This document shows, piece by piece, positions 51,801 through 64,000 of a DNA stretch of 64,000 nucleotides (its first letter is position 1; every line of letters starts with the position of its first letter). The notes under the pieces were generated by a model. That model was given only the letters and a program-made list of their open reading frames with translations. It did no database searches and was not told the DNA's origin. This DNA comes from Octopus vulgaris (taxonomy: Eukaryota). Where the stretch lies: positions 130,758,001 to 130,822,000 of the forward strand of contig OX597815.1 in the NCBI GenBank assembly GCA_951406725.2. The letters run 5' to 3'. The position numbers and the translations under genes were made by a program.

Positions 51801-53287
51801 TTTACATTTTGAGTTCAAATTCCACTAACGTCATCTTTGTGGGGTAAATGAAACAAGTTCCAGTCAAGTACTGGGTTTGATGAAATTGACTAGCCGCACC
51901 CCCTCTCCTCCCCAGAATTTCAGGCCTTGTGCCTATAGTAGAAAGTATCATCATCATTATTATTATTATTATTATTAAAAGTGGCATGCTGACAGCATCA
52001 TTAACATGTCAGACAAAATGCTTAGTAGAACTATGCTCAAATGGTGCTTTTTACATGCCACTGGCACAGGAGCCAGTCAGGTGGCACTGGCAACGAACAT
52101 GCTCGAATGGTGCCTTTTATGAAAAATTATATTCTTATACAACTTCATTCACCTGCCTTCATCATCATCATTTTGCATGCTAGCATGGGTTGAACAATTT
52201 GAATGGGTTCTAGCAAGCCAGTAGACTGCACCAGGTTCCAATCTGATTTGGCAGGTTTCTACAGCTGGATGCCCTTCCTAATGCCAACCACTCTAAAAGT
52301 GTGGCGGGTGCTTTTTATGTACCACTTGCATGGGAGCCAGTCAGACGACACTGGTATTGACACTGGTATTGACCACGTTTGGATGGTACTTTTTACAATA
52401 CATATATATAGTTGAAATTTACAGAAAAACAAAAGACGAAGACAAGACAGGTGTATGAACAACAAGCAGGTGTATTAGTTTGATGCTTGGGAGAGTGAGA
52501 AAGTCTTTTATGCTTAAACAGAAAGGAATAAGAGAAAATAAACAGAGAGAGATTAAAAAGCTTGTGGATTTAGCAGTCAAGCATGGCGACTGGTTGGAAA
52601 AAAGTTTGACAGGAGAGGTTAAAAGAAGTGGGGATAATAAAATATTGGCGGTCCCAAAACAAAGGTGCACGTGTGTGTGTGTGTGTGTGTGTGTCTGAGA
52701 ATGTGTAAGTGTGTGGATGGGGGCTATTCTCTATAGTCATATCATTTACTTACTTAGTCCATTAAATCAAAATTTGAGGGCTCAAACAGTTCTATCACAA
52801 ATCCTCAAAAGGATTTGGATCATCACCCAATTAGAATTTAAAAAAAGCAAACAAACCATGCCTGTCAAAAGTCTTTCCATCAGTCTATCATACTTTGTCA
52901 GTAAAACTAAAGACATTGATGTAGTCATTGATTTGAGATTTAAGTTCTTTGCTTAAAATCAGAAGCAGCATATGGATCCTTGCTGGATTATATACCACGA
53001 AGTCCACTACATAAGACCATATGGTTTAAAGGCTCAGCATGAAACATTCTGCAGATTCTGCAGTTATATTAGCACATAACTGCAGAACCTGCAGCTAATA
53101 CATTTTGCTAATAGCTATCATCATGATGATCATAATCATTTAACATCCATTTTCCATGCTGGCATGGGTTGGATGGTTTGACAGGAGCTGTTAAGGCTGT
53201 CGGCTGCATTGTCTCCATTGTCTGTAAAGTGGTTGGTGTTACAAAGGGTATCCAGCCATAAAAACCATGTCAAAACAGAATGTACTG

Positions 53288-53745
53288 GGTGCTTTTTACG
53301 TGGCACCAACACTGGTGCTTTTTATGTGGCACAAGCACCAGTGCTTTTTTATGAGGCATGAGCACAAGTGCTTTTTTATGTGGAACGAGCACAAGTGCTT
53401 TTTTATGTGGAACAAGCACAAGTGCTTTTTTATGTGGCACAAGCACCAGTGCTTTTTTATGTGGCACAAGCACCAGTGCTTTTTTATGTGGCACAAGCAC
53501 CAGTGCTTTTTTACTTGGTACCAGCACCAGTGCTTTTTTACTTGGTACCAGCACCAGTGCTTTTTTATGTGGCACGAGCACCAGTGCTTTTTTACTTGGC
53601 ACCAACACCAGTGCCTTTTTACGTGGCACGAGCACCAGTGCTTTTTTACATGGCACGAGCACCAGTGCTTTTTTACATGGCTCGAGCACCAGAGCATTTT
53701 TACGTGGCACAAGAACCAGTGCTTTCTAACATGGTACCAGCACCA
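53288..53745 (-). repeat. 27-bp minisatellite (about 16 units) derived from an RTE 3'UTR motif
   Basis: Unit GTGCTTTTTTATGTGGCACAAGCACCA is the reverse complement of the TGGTGC..GTGCCACATAAAAAGCAC motif type seen upstream of the RTE tail. Confidence 0.9.
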
Positions 53746-53977
53746 ATGGAGTTACCAAGTAACTTGCACGACAACAAAATCCCCTCAGCTGAGAGTAGGA
53801 GTGAGGATGATGGAGGCTTCGTACCAACCCATGCAGAATGTGTGTATATTGATTCTGAACAAAATATGCATTTTTAGAAACAAATACCAGCATGGAAAAT
53901 GGACATTAATGGTTGATGATGGTGAAAACTCAAACTATAATAAGTAAAAAAATGATTTAATATTTAGCTGATTTGCA

Positions 53978-54418
53978 AGGTGGTGAGCTGGCAGAAATGT
54001 TAGCATGCTGGGTGAAATGCATAGCAGTATTTCGTCTGTCTTTTCATTCTGAGTTCAAATTCCGCTGAGGTCGACTTTGCCTTTCATCCTTTCGAGGTCG
54101 ATGAATTAAGTACAAGTTGTGTACTGGGGTCAATCTAATCAACTGGTCCCCTCCCCAAAAATTTCAGGCCTTGTGCCTAGAGTAGAAAAGAGTATTTATG
54201 TATGATAAGGCATTGAGCTGGCTGAAATGTTAGCATGCCCGATGAAATGCTTAGCTGTATTTCGTCTGTCTTTTTGTTCTGAGTTCAAATTTGGCTGATG
54301 TTGACTGTCTTTCATCCTTACGAAGCCGATGAATTAAGTACCAGTTGCGTACTGGGGTCAATCTAATTGACTGGTGCCCTCCCACAAAATTTCAGCCATT
54401 GTGCCTAGAGCAGAAAAG
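53978..54418 (+). mobile_element. Tandem dimer of tRNA-derived SINE family B with a single 19-bp TSD
   Basis: Two monomers of about 215 bp (GAGCTGGCAGAA..GAGTTCAAATTCC..GGCCTTGTGCCTAGAGTAGAAAAG). AATATTTAGCTGATTTGCA at 53959-53977 and 54419-54437. Confidence 0.9.
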
Positions 54419-54808
54419 AATATTTAGCTGATTTGCATTACATAAGATAAAAAGCGTTACAATTTTATCTAATAGTACTAGAAGCACTAATGAACATGCA
54501 ATTCAGTTTTCAAATAATTTGAGAATCAAAATGTAGGCTGGTTGTATTAGGAGCAAGCATGGTCATGTGGTTAAGAAGTTTGCTTTTGAATCTCATGGTT
54601 TCAGGTTCAGTCCCACTATGTGCCACTTTCTTCTACTAATATCTCTGGGCTGGCAAATGCTGTATGAAAGAATTTGTTAGACAGGAATGATGATGGTTTG
54701 TTTTCGTCCCATAACCATGAAGGAAATGAAAGTGCTATTAAAGAATTATCCGAAATTCTGACAACCCACTTTATCTTAATATATAAAATCTGTACATCAC
54801 TTCAAACA

Positions 54809-54839
<31 letters not shown>

Positions 54840-54939
54840 TGTGTGAACTATAGGGTAGTTAAAATAGGTTTGTAATATATTTTAACTTCTGAAGGTAAAT
54901 TCACTCTAGATACTGTGAAGAAAAAAAATACATACATAC

Positions 54940-55003
<64 letters not shown>

Positions 55004-56399
55004 GTTGGTGTTAGGAAGGGCATCCAGCTGTAGAAACTTTGCCATATCAGACTGGAGCCTGGTGCAGCCTTCTAGCTTGCCAGTCCTCAGTCAAACTGTC
55101 CAATCCATGCCAGCATGGAAAGCAGATGTTAAACAACAATGATGATATGTGGATATGTATGTGTATATGTACATATATATATATATAAGTGTTAATGTAC
55201 ATATATATGTGGGTATGTATGTATGTATGTAATAGCTGTGGATTTAAACAAAATCTATATTCAAATAATACAGCTGCTATACACTTTCATAGATTATTAC
55301 CAAAATGTCTAGATATGTGGCACTTTTAAAATTGTCCTCCTGGAAAATGTCATGTTAATGCCCTTATATTTTGGAAGAATAGTACTATTTCTATCCCCTC
55401 AGCCTGTTGATTCATCAACTGCAAAACAATGGCACTTAAGCAATAAATTAGGTGACTATTTTCTTTTAGTATTTAATGTGTGGAAATAAGAAGATTAGAA
55501 CAATATATTAAAGTATTTATGATAATTAAGTAAGATATGAGATACACACCCACACACGTGTGTGTGTGTAAGTATATTTCTGTCAATTGAATTCCATTAC
55601 AAGTCATCCGTCAGTCTGAGGCTACAATAAAAGACTATGTACCCCACAGTAAGATTGAACCTGGAACCATGTAGGTGCAAAGCAAACTTTATATGATTAC
55701 ATCATCATCATTTAACGTCCGTTTTCCCCTGCTAGCACGGGCTGGACGGTTCGACCGGGGTCTGGGAAGCCAGGAGGCTGCACCAGGCTCCAATCTGATC
55801 TGGCAGTGTTTCTACAGTTGGATGCCCTTCCTAACGCCAACCACTCTGTGAGTGTAGTGGGTGCTTTTTACGTGCCACCGGCACATATGTATCCATAACC
55901 CTTAGCTAGTTTCAGAGATTAAAGTACAGCTACAGTATGATATTATCTTTTAGGATATAGAAGATTAAATTGACACTAGTCTTTATTTGTACTGACTGGT
56001 ACATATTTGATGAACCCCACAGGAATGGAAGGAGAATTATATCAAAACAAAGGAATGGCAAGGTATTTTGTTTGGCACATATAGAAATAAATATTCTTTT
56101 CTCCTTGGATATCCTTCTTAATACCAGTGATGTAACATTGGAAAGGTACAGAGGAAAAGAAAATGTGAATCTAATGTGTTTAAAGAAATTGAACCAATTT
56201 ATTTACAATGAAAGCATGAAAGAATAACAATTTCTACTGGTATTACAAATATCTACCTGCAAATAGGTTTTGTGCAGATGTTTTTGCGCAAACACACATA
56301 AATATCAGAAGAAACATTGTACTTAAGCAAACTTTCCAAAAATATTATTTTAGCACATTAAGGACAGATGTATGAAAGAAAAATCTCTGGCAAGTTTAG

Positions 56400-59300
56400 G
56401 TGACATATTGCTGTTTGTCTTCCAGCCATTGCTGCTGTTTAAGTACGTCAATGTTTCAGAACTCAAAGAATACAGCGGATATCATACAGTGATTCTAAAT
56501 TAATATTCATAGCTATGAAAGGTATTTCAGCTAATGTCCCATAGCAATAGGCCTGGTAGTTTCTCAAGATATGAACAACTGAAGTTCTGCAACATCAAAC
56601 TATCCTAGATTTCTCTTTTTTTATTCATTAGTTTTACAACCTCCACCACAACATTTCATATATTCCACATTTTGAAAAATCCAATATCCACTGAACCTCC
56701 AACTGCATAAAATGTAAATATTTAAAAGAAAAATGTTACACTGCACCAAGTAGAAGCTCTAATACTTTTGTGGGTTTAGTTTAATCATTATCAATTATAT
56801 GCAGATTATATACTGAGTGCCTTTCCTGTGTACTTATATACTGATTTATCTTACCAATCAGATACAGATTATCTTTCACAATCAATTTCTACAGAAACAA
56901 TTCAAATATCACGAACTATTCTTCTTACCTCCTAGTACTAAGTGGATTGTAGTGTATCAGATTGTAGTGCAATTGTATACTACTTATGGTAGAATAGAAG
57001 TGAGACCAAATACCACCATATTGATTAACAGACCTATTCACACATGATTAACTAATAGTAAACTGTTTAGTAATTAATTATCAAAATACACTATGTGTTA
57101 TGTAATATCTGCCATTGCCCATTATTTGTGCCCTTAAGTAGTCAGATTATCTTTATTGAACAACAACTTTTGGAACAACAGCCCAAGACAATACCTGACA
57201 TGCTGAGCTTGAGGGCCACACATAATCATTCATTTAGTTCCTTTGTCTCTGTTAGATGAACGCTTCTGAATGTACCCAATCATTCTTTTTCAGACAGTTC
57301 CATTATTGATGTACAGTATTTGCTTCAGTTCTTTAAAAATTCTCAGCAATGTAGCCATTATTACTAAACAGTTATCCAAATAAAACCTTTAAGACAAGAT
57401 ACATACCCAATCATAATCCCACCCTCCAAGTTTGGTTCTTAAGATCTTTCAGGAGAGGCTTGTAATATAGTCAAATTTGTGTCAGCTACCTTTGTATTAG
57501 TTTCAAGACATGATACCAGCCATTTAAGACACAATATTTATTTATACAAACTTATTACCAGTTCAAATATGCTAGAGGTATATTTGAACCCATAAGAAAG
57601 CCATTCATTATATTTTGTCTCGGATAAAATTTCTGACTGTAGACAAATAGGCATAAATACACTGAACTAGTTCACAGCACTCCCTAACCAGACAGTGGAC
57701 TGCATGCATTTCGGAATGGTTATCTCCTCTTCAGCAACTGACACAAGGGACAGGTCCCACTTATGATATTCACATCATTGTTCAATGACAGGTTGCATTA
57801 TTCAGCAGCTTGCAGTAAACAAAATATGGGGTGACAGTGGTAAACAGTGATGTGTAGAAAAACAAACTTGTTACCAGTTCAAATATGTAAGAAAGCCATT
57901 CCCTGTAGTTTGTCATGGAAGAAATTTCTTGCTGTAGGCAATATTCATTTAATACTATATACCACTGTTACAGGTTTAAAGTGATAAAACAGCTTGTCCT
58001 TCAATGAATTTTCACCACTTGATGAATATTTATACACCTTTCATTATATATTTTATGAACTAATTTGAGATACACTTTCCCTCTCAATAGCACATTTTCT
58101 CTCACTATTTCAATCCTGTTTTTCTACTTTGCTGACATACTTTAAAATATTTTTGCTGTAATATACTCGCTGATTATTGCATTTCAAGACAGTATTTTCC
58201 TCATTTGGTGGCATAGCTATTCAAATTTCAACATTCTTTATCTGTTTCTCTAACCTTTTTGCAACTTCATTACTAACATCCACAACAATAATATCCAGGA
58301 AGAAAAAAGGAAGTAGTGTCATTAAAATGGAGCAATACATTAGATTCAACATACCATACACTTAGAGCACTTCAATAAACATGTTCTAATTTATTCTTAA
58401 ATTTCTCTTCCCAGTATCTAATATAGTAATATGATTCTAACCAATCACCACACCACCATCACCCAATACATTAAACAGTGAAAAAGCTTTATCATGTCTC
58501 ACCCTAATAGAGTCCAATTATTTTTTCTTTTACTAGGAACATCAAAAAAGGATTGGTTTATTACTGACACCACTTACACTTTAACAATAAAATCTTTCCA
58601 ATCAATGACCTTTTAAATAATGTTCCATATGAATATCATATAACCAGCCTGCATGTATATATTAACTCAACACCCTACCATGAAATCATATATTTCCAAA
58701 ATCAAAGCAGACACAGAAGCACATCAACTTCACATATACTCAATACATAGTAGATCAATATTAACACAGACTCTTCAAATATTCTCAAACTCTTTCTCAG
58801 TTCTAAACGTAGCCTTCACACTGTCATAAAATTATCAACCTCTATCATTTTGATCACCCCCATCCCACAACATAAAACCCCCACCATATCCTCCTCCTAC
58901 CTCCCCTTGTACCTCGAGTTAGCTAACTAATCAAAGTTTGCCAAGTCTATTATATCTTTGCCAGTAAATGTGTTTCTGCTCTGATTAATGTGAGGGCTTA
59001 GAAGGCAGAGCAATGCCATTTTCTGAGGTATGTTCCAAATGTAACCAAAGCTGGAAGTGAACCTAATTGATTCACTTCCAGCTTTGCTGTTGTATGAGTG
59101 AAGAACACAGTCTAAAACACCAAGAGCAGATCATACATTATTGCTAACAGGAAGGTATTCAAACCCACTGTCACAACACCTACACAACATCTATTAAGAA
59201 AACAAAGATATATTTGTGCATCACCATTTGTAAGGTGTTTTGTTATTGTATTTTTTTTTTTTGCCTAGAAAATTGCAGCTTGCTCCCCTGGTTCCCTGCC

Positions 59301-60490
59301 AAGAGGATCTAACTTTGTAGAATGTTCCTACCAGCTACCATTCAATCAAAACATCAGTAGCACATTTACATATAAAATTTGAAACTTGTTTCTAATTCAA
59401 CATTGCCCAAACATTAAAATCTTATCTCTGAATCCCTTTCTTGACTTTACTAATCTCAACCCTATGGAATGTCACCAAGTATAAACACCTTTCAGCTCAA
59501 TCCAATTCAGCTCTCACAGTTTCTTCTATGGCCCTCACCAAAATGTTCAGTCCTCCCCATTCTCTCTCCCAAGATATCTATTCTACAGAAACATACAAAA
59601 GCATCCTATTCCCAAGAAAAGCAATCTGTGATCTAGCCATAATTTTCTTTTATAACTTTGAGTCACTTTCCCTTATAATTGAGAACTAATATAGTTTTCA
59701 TTAGCCAAATCAATAACAGACATTTCTTATTTCACTTACCAGTAATCTCTCATCTTTGAAAAGTTGATCAAAGGCAATGATGTTCTTTAAATCAGCAAGG
59801 AATTTTGAAAGCATCTAGCATGAAAATTCCATCACAAAGTTGCTTGCCTAAGGACTCTACTCATCTTGTCTACTGGGCATGATAACTGAACTTGGCAAAT
59901 TCACCCAATTGACTAATTGCCAATAAGCATATTCTACTGTTGACTAATTACTGCCAATACAGTTACCAGCTTGCTCAGGTTCTGGATTTTAGTCAATTGG
60001 TAAGAAAATTTTCTGTCAGGCCATGCTATTGCAGTGTGTTGGCAGAGGTGAGACTCAAAATCTATCAATTGGTGTATATCAATTTTCATTAATTACAAAA
60101 ATGATGTTCTTGCTGTTAATTCTAAGCACACCTTTATTACTATGCAGGTGATACCACCTTTCACCCCTCTTTAATCTCCTGCACACAAGTGTCATCTCAA
60201 TACAAGCAAAACATCTCACACACAACTTGCCTATTCTGCCATCAATAGAGGCCACAAAAATATTTTTCAGTAAGGACATGACAAGCTAGCTTCCTACAAC
60301 AGTCCAAAATACAACCATTATATACATACATAGCAGCTTTGCATTACACCTCTTCATGAAAAGCATACACATCTAAAATCCTCAAAATCACTTCAACTGC
60401 AAGATTTCACAACCTTTGATGAGCACATTTAACATTGCCAAAACTGCATGCCAAAGACCAGGTTTCCTCTTCAGGGTCAGACATTTTTCT
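56400..60490 (-). mobile_element. Very old RTE-like LINE remnant (patchy)
   Basis: Scattered minus-strand patches resembling RTE endonuclease (DVC..EV near 60350; RLLVSE near 59735) and linker/RT segments (near 58770, 58490, 57430) in colinear order. Heavily decayed. Confidence 0.4.
57995..58285 (+). repeat. Unclassified old dispersed repeat, copy 1
   Basis: Aligns with 61475-61775 (AACTAATTTGAGA, CTCATTTG.TGGCA, GTTTCTCTAAC anchors). Confidence 0.7.
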
Positions 60491-60783
60491 ATTTTGTATA
60501 TCTGGATGGCAATTTTTATAAAGCTTGGCAGTGACTCAAAGTTCTGCCTACATATATATTTTTAGTGCTGTGGACACTGCTGGATTGAATGGACTTGAAA
60601 CCAGAGTGCTATTCATGTAGGCAAATGATGGGAATAGACATATGCTCAGTTGTGAATCTCTTATACCTTATTCTTATATTGTAGGCTGTCTTTCATTCTT
60701 GAAAAATAGAGCGTGCTTGTGGATTCATAGTTTGTAGGGATCGCTTACTTTCTTCATAAGTAACCTAATTAGGCTTGAAGAAT

Positions 60784-60829
<46 letters not shown>

Positions 60830-61228
60830 GTATATACGTATGCATATATATATAGAAATATATATATGTAGCTATATGTATGTATGTAGATATAGATGGA
60901 TATAGATATATATAATTATATATAGTATGTGTGGTACTGCTATTGTTACACAAAGCATTCGGTGACTGCTTAAAAAAATGGGTGAGCTGTCATTATGGCT
61001 GAGATTCAATCATCAATACATCACAATCCATTAACCCACATATCATGTTTCTTGTCTCTTCTCATACCAGCCAGGAAGTACCCACCACCACCACCAACTC
61101 TGTCCAATGGAACCACCTCTCTTCTCTTAGTCATTCATATTGTCACAACCCTCAAACTCAACATTAAACTTTTTGCTTAGCCCGCCTTTCTTCATTTTTA
61201 CCACTACATACCTTTAATACAGGTTTAA

Positions 61229-61421
61229 CCCTTTCATTACCAACCAGTTTGGGTCTGGCTCTGAGTACAAATGTCTTGTTTTCATAAGTTTTGAGTTAAA
61301 ATCTTCCACCGAACCTTAGTCACAATTTATGTTCCTAACACTAGTTGAATGATAACCAAGTTATTTTACTAAAATCTTTGTTATATTTAAAGTAACTGAA
61401 AGAAATACAGTAACAAAAGGG
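61229..61421 (-). mobile_element. piggyBac-type MITE family 1 (reverse orientation, internal deletion)
   Basis: TTAA|CCCTTT...AAAGGG|TTAA; reverse complement of the 3605 copy. Confidence 0.85.
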
Positions 61422-61474
61422 TTAAAGATATGCAATAACTTTAACCTGTATTAACATAGAATGACATACACTAT

Positions 61475-61775
61475 TATGACATTCTATGAGATTTTATCAT
61501 TTTATGAATATTTTATGCACCCTTTATTACATGTTTTATAAACTAATTTGAGACACATCTTTTCATCTCAACAGCACAAGTTTTTTTCTCACCATTACAA
61601 TCCAGTTTTTCTACTCTCCTTACAAACCTTGAAATATTTTTCCTTATTTAGTTGCTGATAAATCTACTGCATTCCTTGACACTATTTTTTCTCATTTGTT
61701 GGCACAGTGAATTGAATTTTAACAATCTTTATTTGTTTCTCTAACATTTTTGTAGCTTCGTTACTGACACCTATG
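61475..61775 (+). repeat. Unclassified old dispersed repeat, copy 2
   Basis: Aligns with 57995-58285. Confidence 0.7.
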
Positions 61776-62699
61776 TCAACAGCACAACCAGTAAGAAAGT
61801 CTTGTAAACTTTCAGAACTTACTCTTCTGCTTAGCTGTGTTTTCTCTCTACTCGCTGATCTCTTAGCTATGCACTTCTAGTAATGTTGCTCGAGAAACCA
61901 TTCAAGAGAACTTCATCACGGTCACTTGTATTGGCGATTATATTCTTTTGGTCATTATTCAACATTCATTGTTGATATGGAAATGGGATGGATGAGTGAC
62001 AATATCAGGTAGATGACAATTCGAAGAGATCAGGAAAAAAAAAACCAGAGGATAAAACCAAACACAATGAAGGAATGAATGGAAAAGATCTGACAAGAGA
62101 TAGAGAGTAGATGCCCAAATCCAATAGTTATGGAAAGAAAACAAGTAAAACAGGGGGATAACAATGGTAGATTTGATTGATTGATTGATAATATATCAAG
62201 AATGAACATTTGTCAGAATTTTAAAAATAGCATGGCTGCTTTGCAATCACATGGGATTTGGGTTCAGTATTGCTTTGAAGTACCTTAGACAAACATCTAC
62301 TATTATAGTGCTGGACCGATCAATGCCTTGTGAATGAACTTGGTAGATGGAGATCGTACATCATCATCATCATCATCGTCGTCATCGCTTAACATCTGCT
62401 TTCCATGCTGGCATGGGTTGGTCAGTTTGACTGAGAACTGGCGAGCCAGAAGGCTGCACCAGGCTCCAATCTGATCTGGCAAAGTTTCTACAGCTGGATG
62501 TCCCTCCTAATGCCAATCACTCTGTGCCACTGGCATGAGGGCTAGTCAGGCAGTTATATATACATATTATGCATCTTTTATTTGTTTTAGTCATTAGACT
62601 GCGGCCATGCTAAGGCACTACCTTGAAGAATTTTAATTGAATGAACTGACCCTAGTACTTATTCTATTAGACTCATTTGTTGAACTGCTAAGTTAAAAG

Positions 62700-63111
62700 G
62701 ACATACACACAGTACAGACACACAAACATATACATATGCATACATACACATATACATACATACGTATATATACACATATGTATACATACATACGTATATA
62801 TACACATATGTATACATACATACATATATATACACATATGTATACATACATATATATATACACATATGTATACACACATATATATATACACATATGTATA
62901 CACACATATATGTATATACATATGTATACATACATATATGTATATACATATGTATACATACATATATGTATATACATATGTATACATACATATATGTATA
63001 TACATATGTATACATACATATATGTATATACATATGTATACATACATATATGTATATACATATGTATACATACATATATATACATACATATGTATACATA
63101 CATATATATAC

Positions 63112-63156
<45 letters not shown>

Positions 63157-64000
63157 CATGCATATACATACATGCATATACATACATGCATATACATACA
63201 TACATATACATACATACATATACATACATATATATACATACATACATATATATACATACATATACATACATATATATACATACATACATATACATACATA
63301 CATATACATACATACATATACATACATACATATACATACATACATACATACATATACATACATACATATACATACATACGTATACATACATACGTATACA
63401 TACATATGTATACATACATATGTATACATACATATGTATACATACATATGTATACATACATATGTATACATACATATGTATACATACATATGTATACATA
63501 CATATGTATACATACATATATATATATACATATATATACATACATATGTATACATACATATATATATACATATATATATATATACATATGTATACATACA
63601 TATATATATACATATATATATACATATGTATACATACATATATATATACATATATATATATACATATGTATACATATATATATATACATATGTATACATA
63701 CATATATATATACATATATATATACATATATATATACATATATATACATATATATATACATATATATATACATATATATATATACATATGTATACATACA
63801 TATATATATACATATATATATATACATATGTATACATACATATATATATACATATGTATACATACATATATATATACATATGTATACATACATATACATA
63901 TGTATACATACATATATATATACATATGTATACATACATATACATATACATATGTATACATACATATACATATACATATGTATACATACATATATATATA
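62700..64000. repeat. Long compound (TACA/TA/TATG) microsatellite running off the window
   Basis: About 1.3 kb alternating purine-pyrimidine array, continuing from a minus-strand SINE A 3' half (62570-62730). Confidence 0.95.

Noticed and set aside
53267-53947. 226-aa ORF with HQCFFMWHK repeats resembling a metal-binding repeat protein
   Set aside because: 27-bp minisatellite open in five frames and derived from a retroelement motif; no splice or codon evidence.
62659-63991. Three ORFs of 429-442 aa
   Set aside because: Translations of an alternating purine-pyrimidine microsatellite, which cannot contain stop codons; not genes.
15271-64000. First coding exon of endophilin-B
   Set aside because: No minus-strand segment encoding an MDFNVKK..RA.Q-like peptide before a GT donor was found by eye; a short divergent exon could have been missed.

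Overview
AT-rich, repeat-dense metazoan DNA. The SINE/RTE repertoire and microsatellite load suggest a cephalopod, probably Octopus (inference). The window lies inside an endophilin-B (SH3GLB-family) gene on the minus strand. Two coding exons are identifiable: 15129-15270 (142 nt) and 3059-3187 (129 nt). The first exon was not found, so the upstream intron is probably >48 kb. The rest is intronic transposon landscape. It includes a young 5'-truncated RTE LINE (39083-43803) with one frameshift, a PHD-type zinc finger inside its RT and a six-fold amplified 3'UTR. It also holds about 20 short elements sharing that RTE 3' tail, several tRNA-derived SINE families, a decayed Gypsy element with four nested insertions, CR1-like and R4/Dong-like LINE fragments, two mariner relics, a hAT MITE, piggyBac-type MITEs, a Helitron and a Helentron-type element. 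The most unusual object is a head-to-head pair of tRNA-headed short elements, each carrying a Penelope-type minimal hammerhead ribozyme motif, flanked by a 12-bp duplication (28823-29259). Nearly all ORFs in the supplied track are repeat artefacts. All calls were made by eye, and repeat boundaries are approximate unless termini are quoted.
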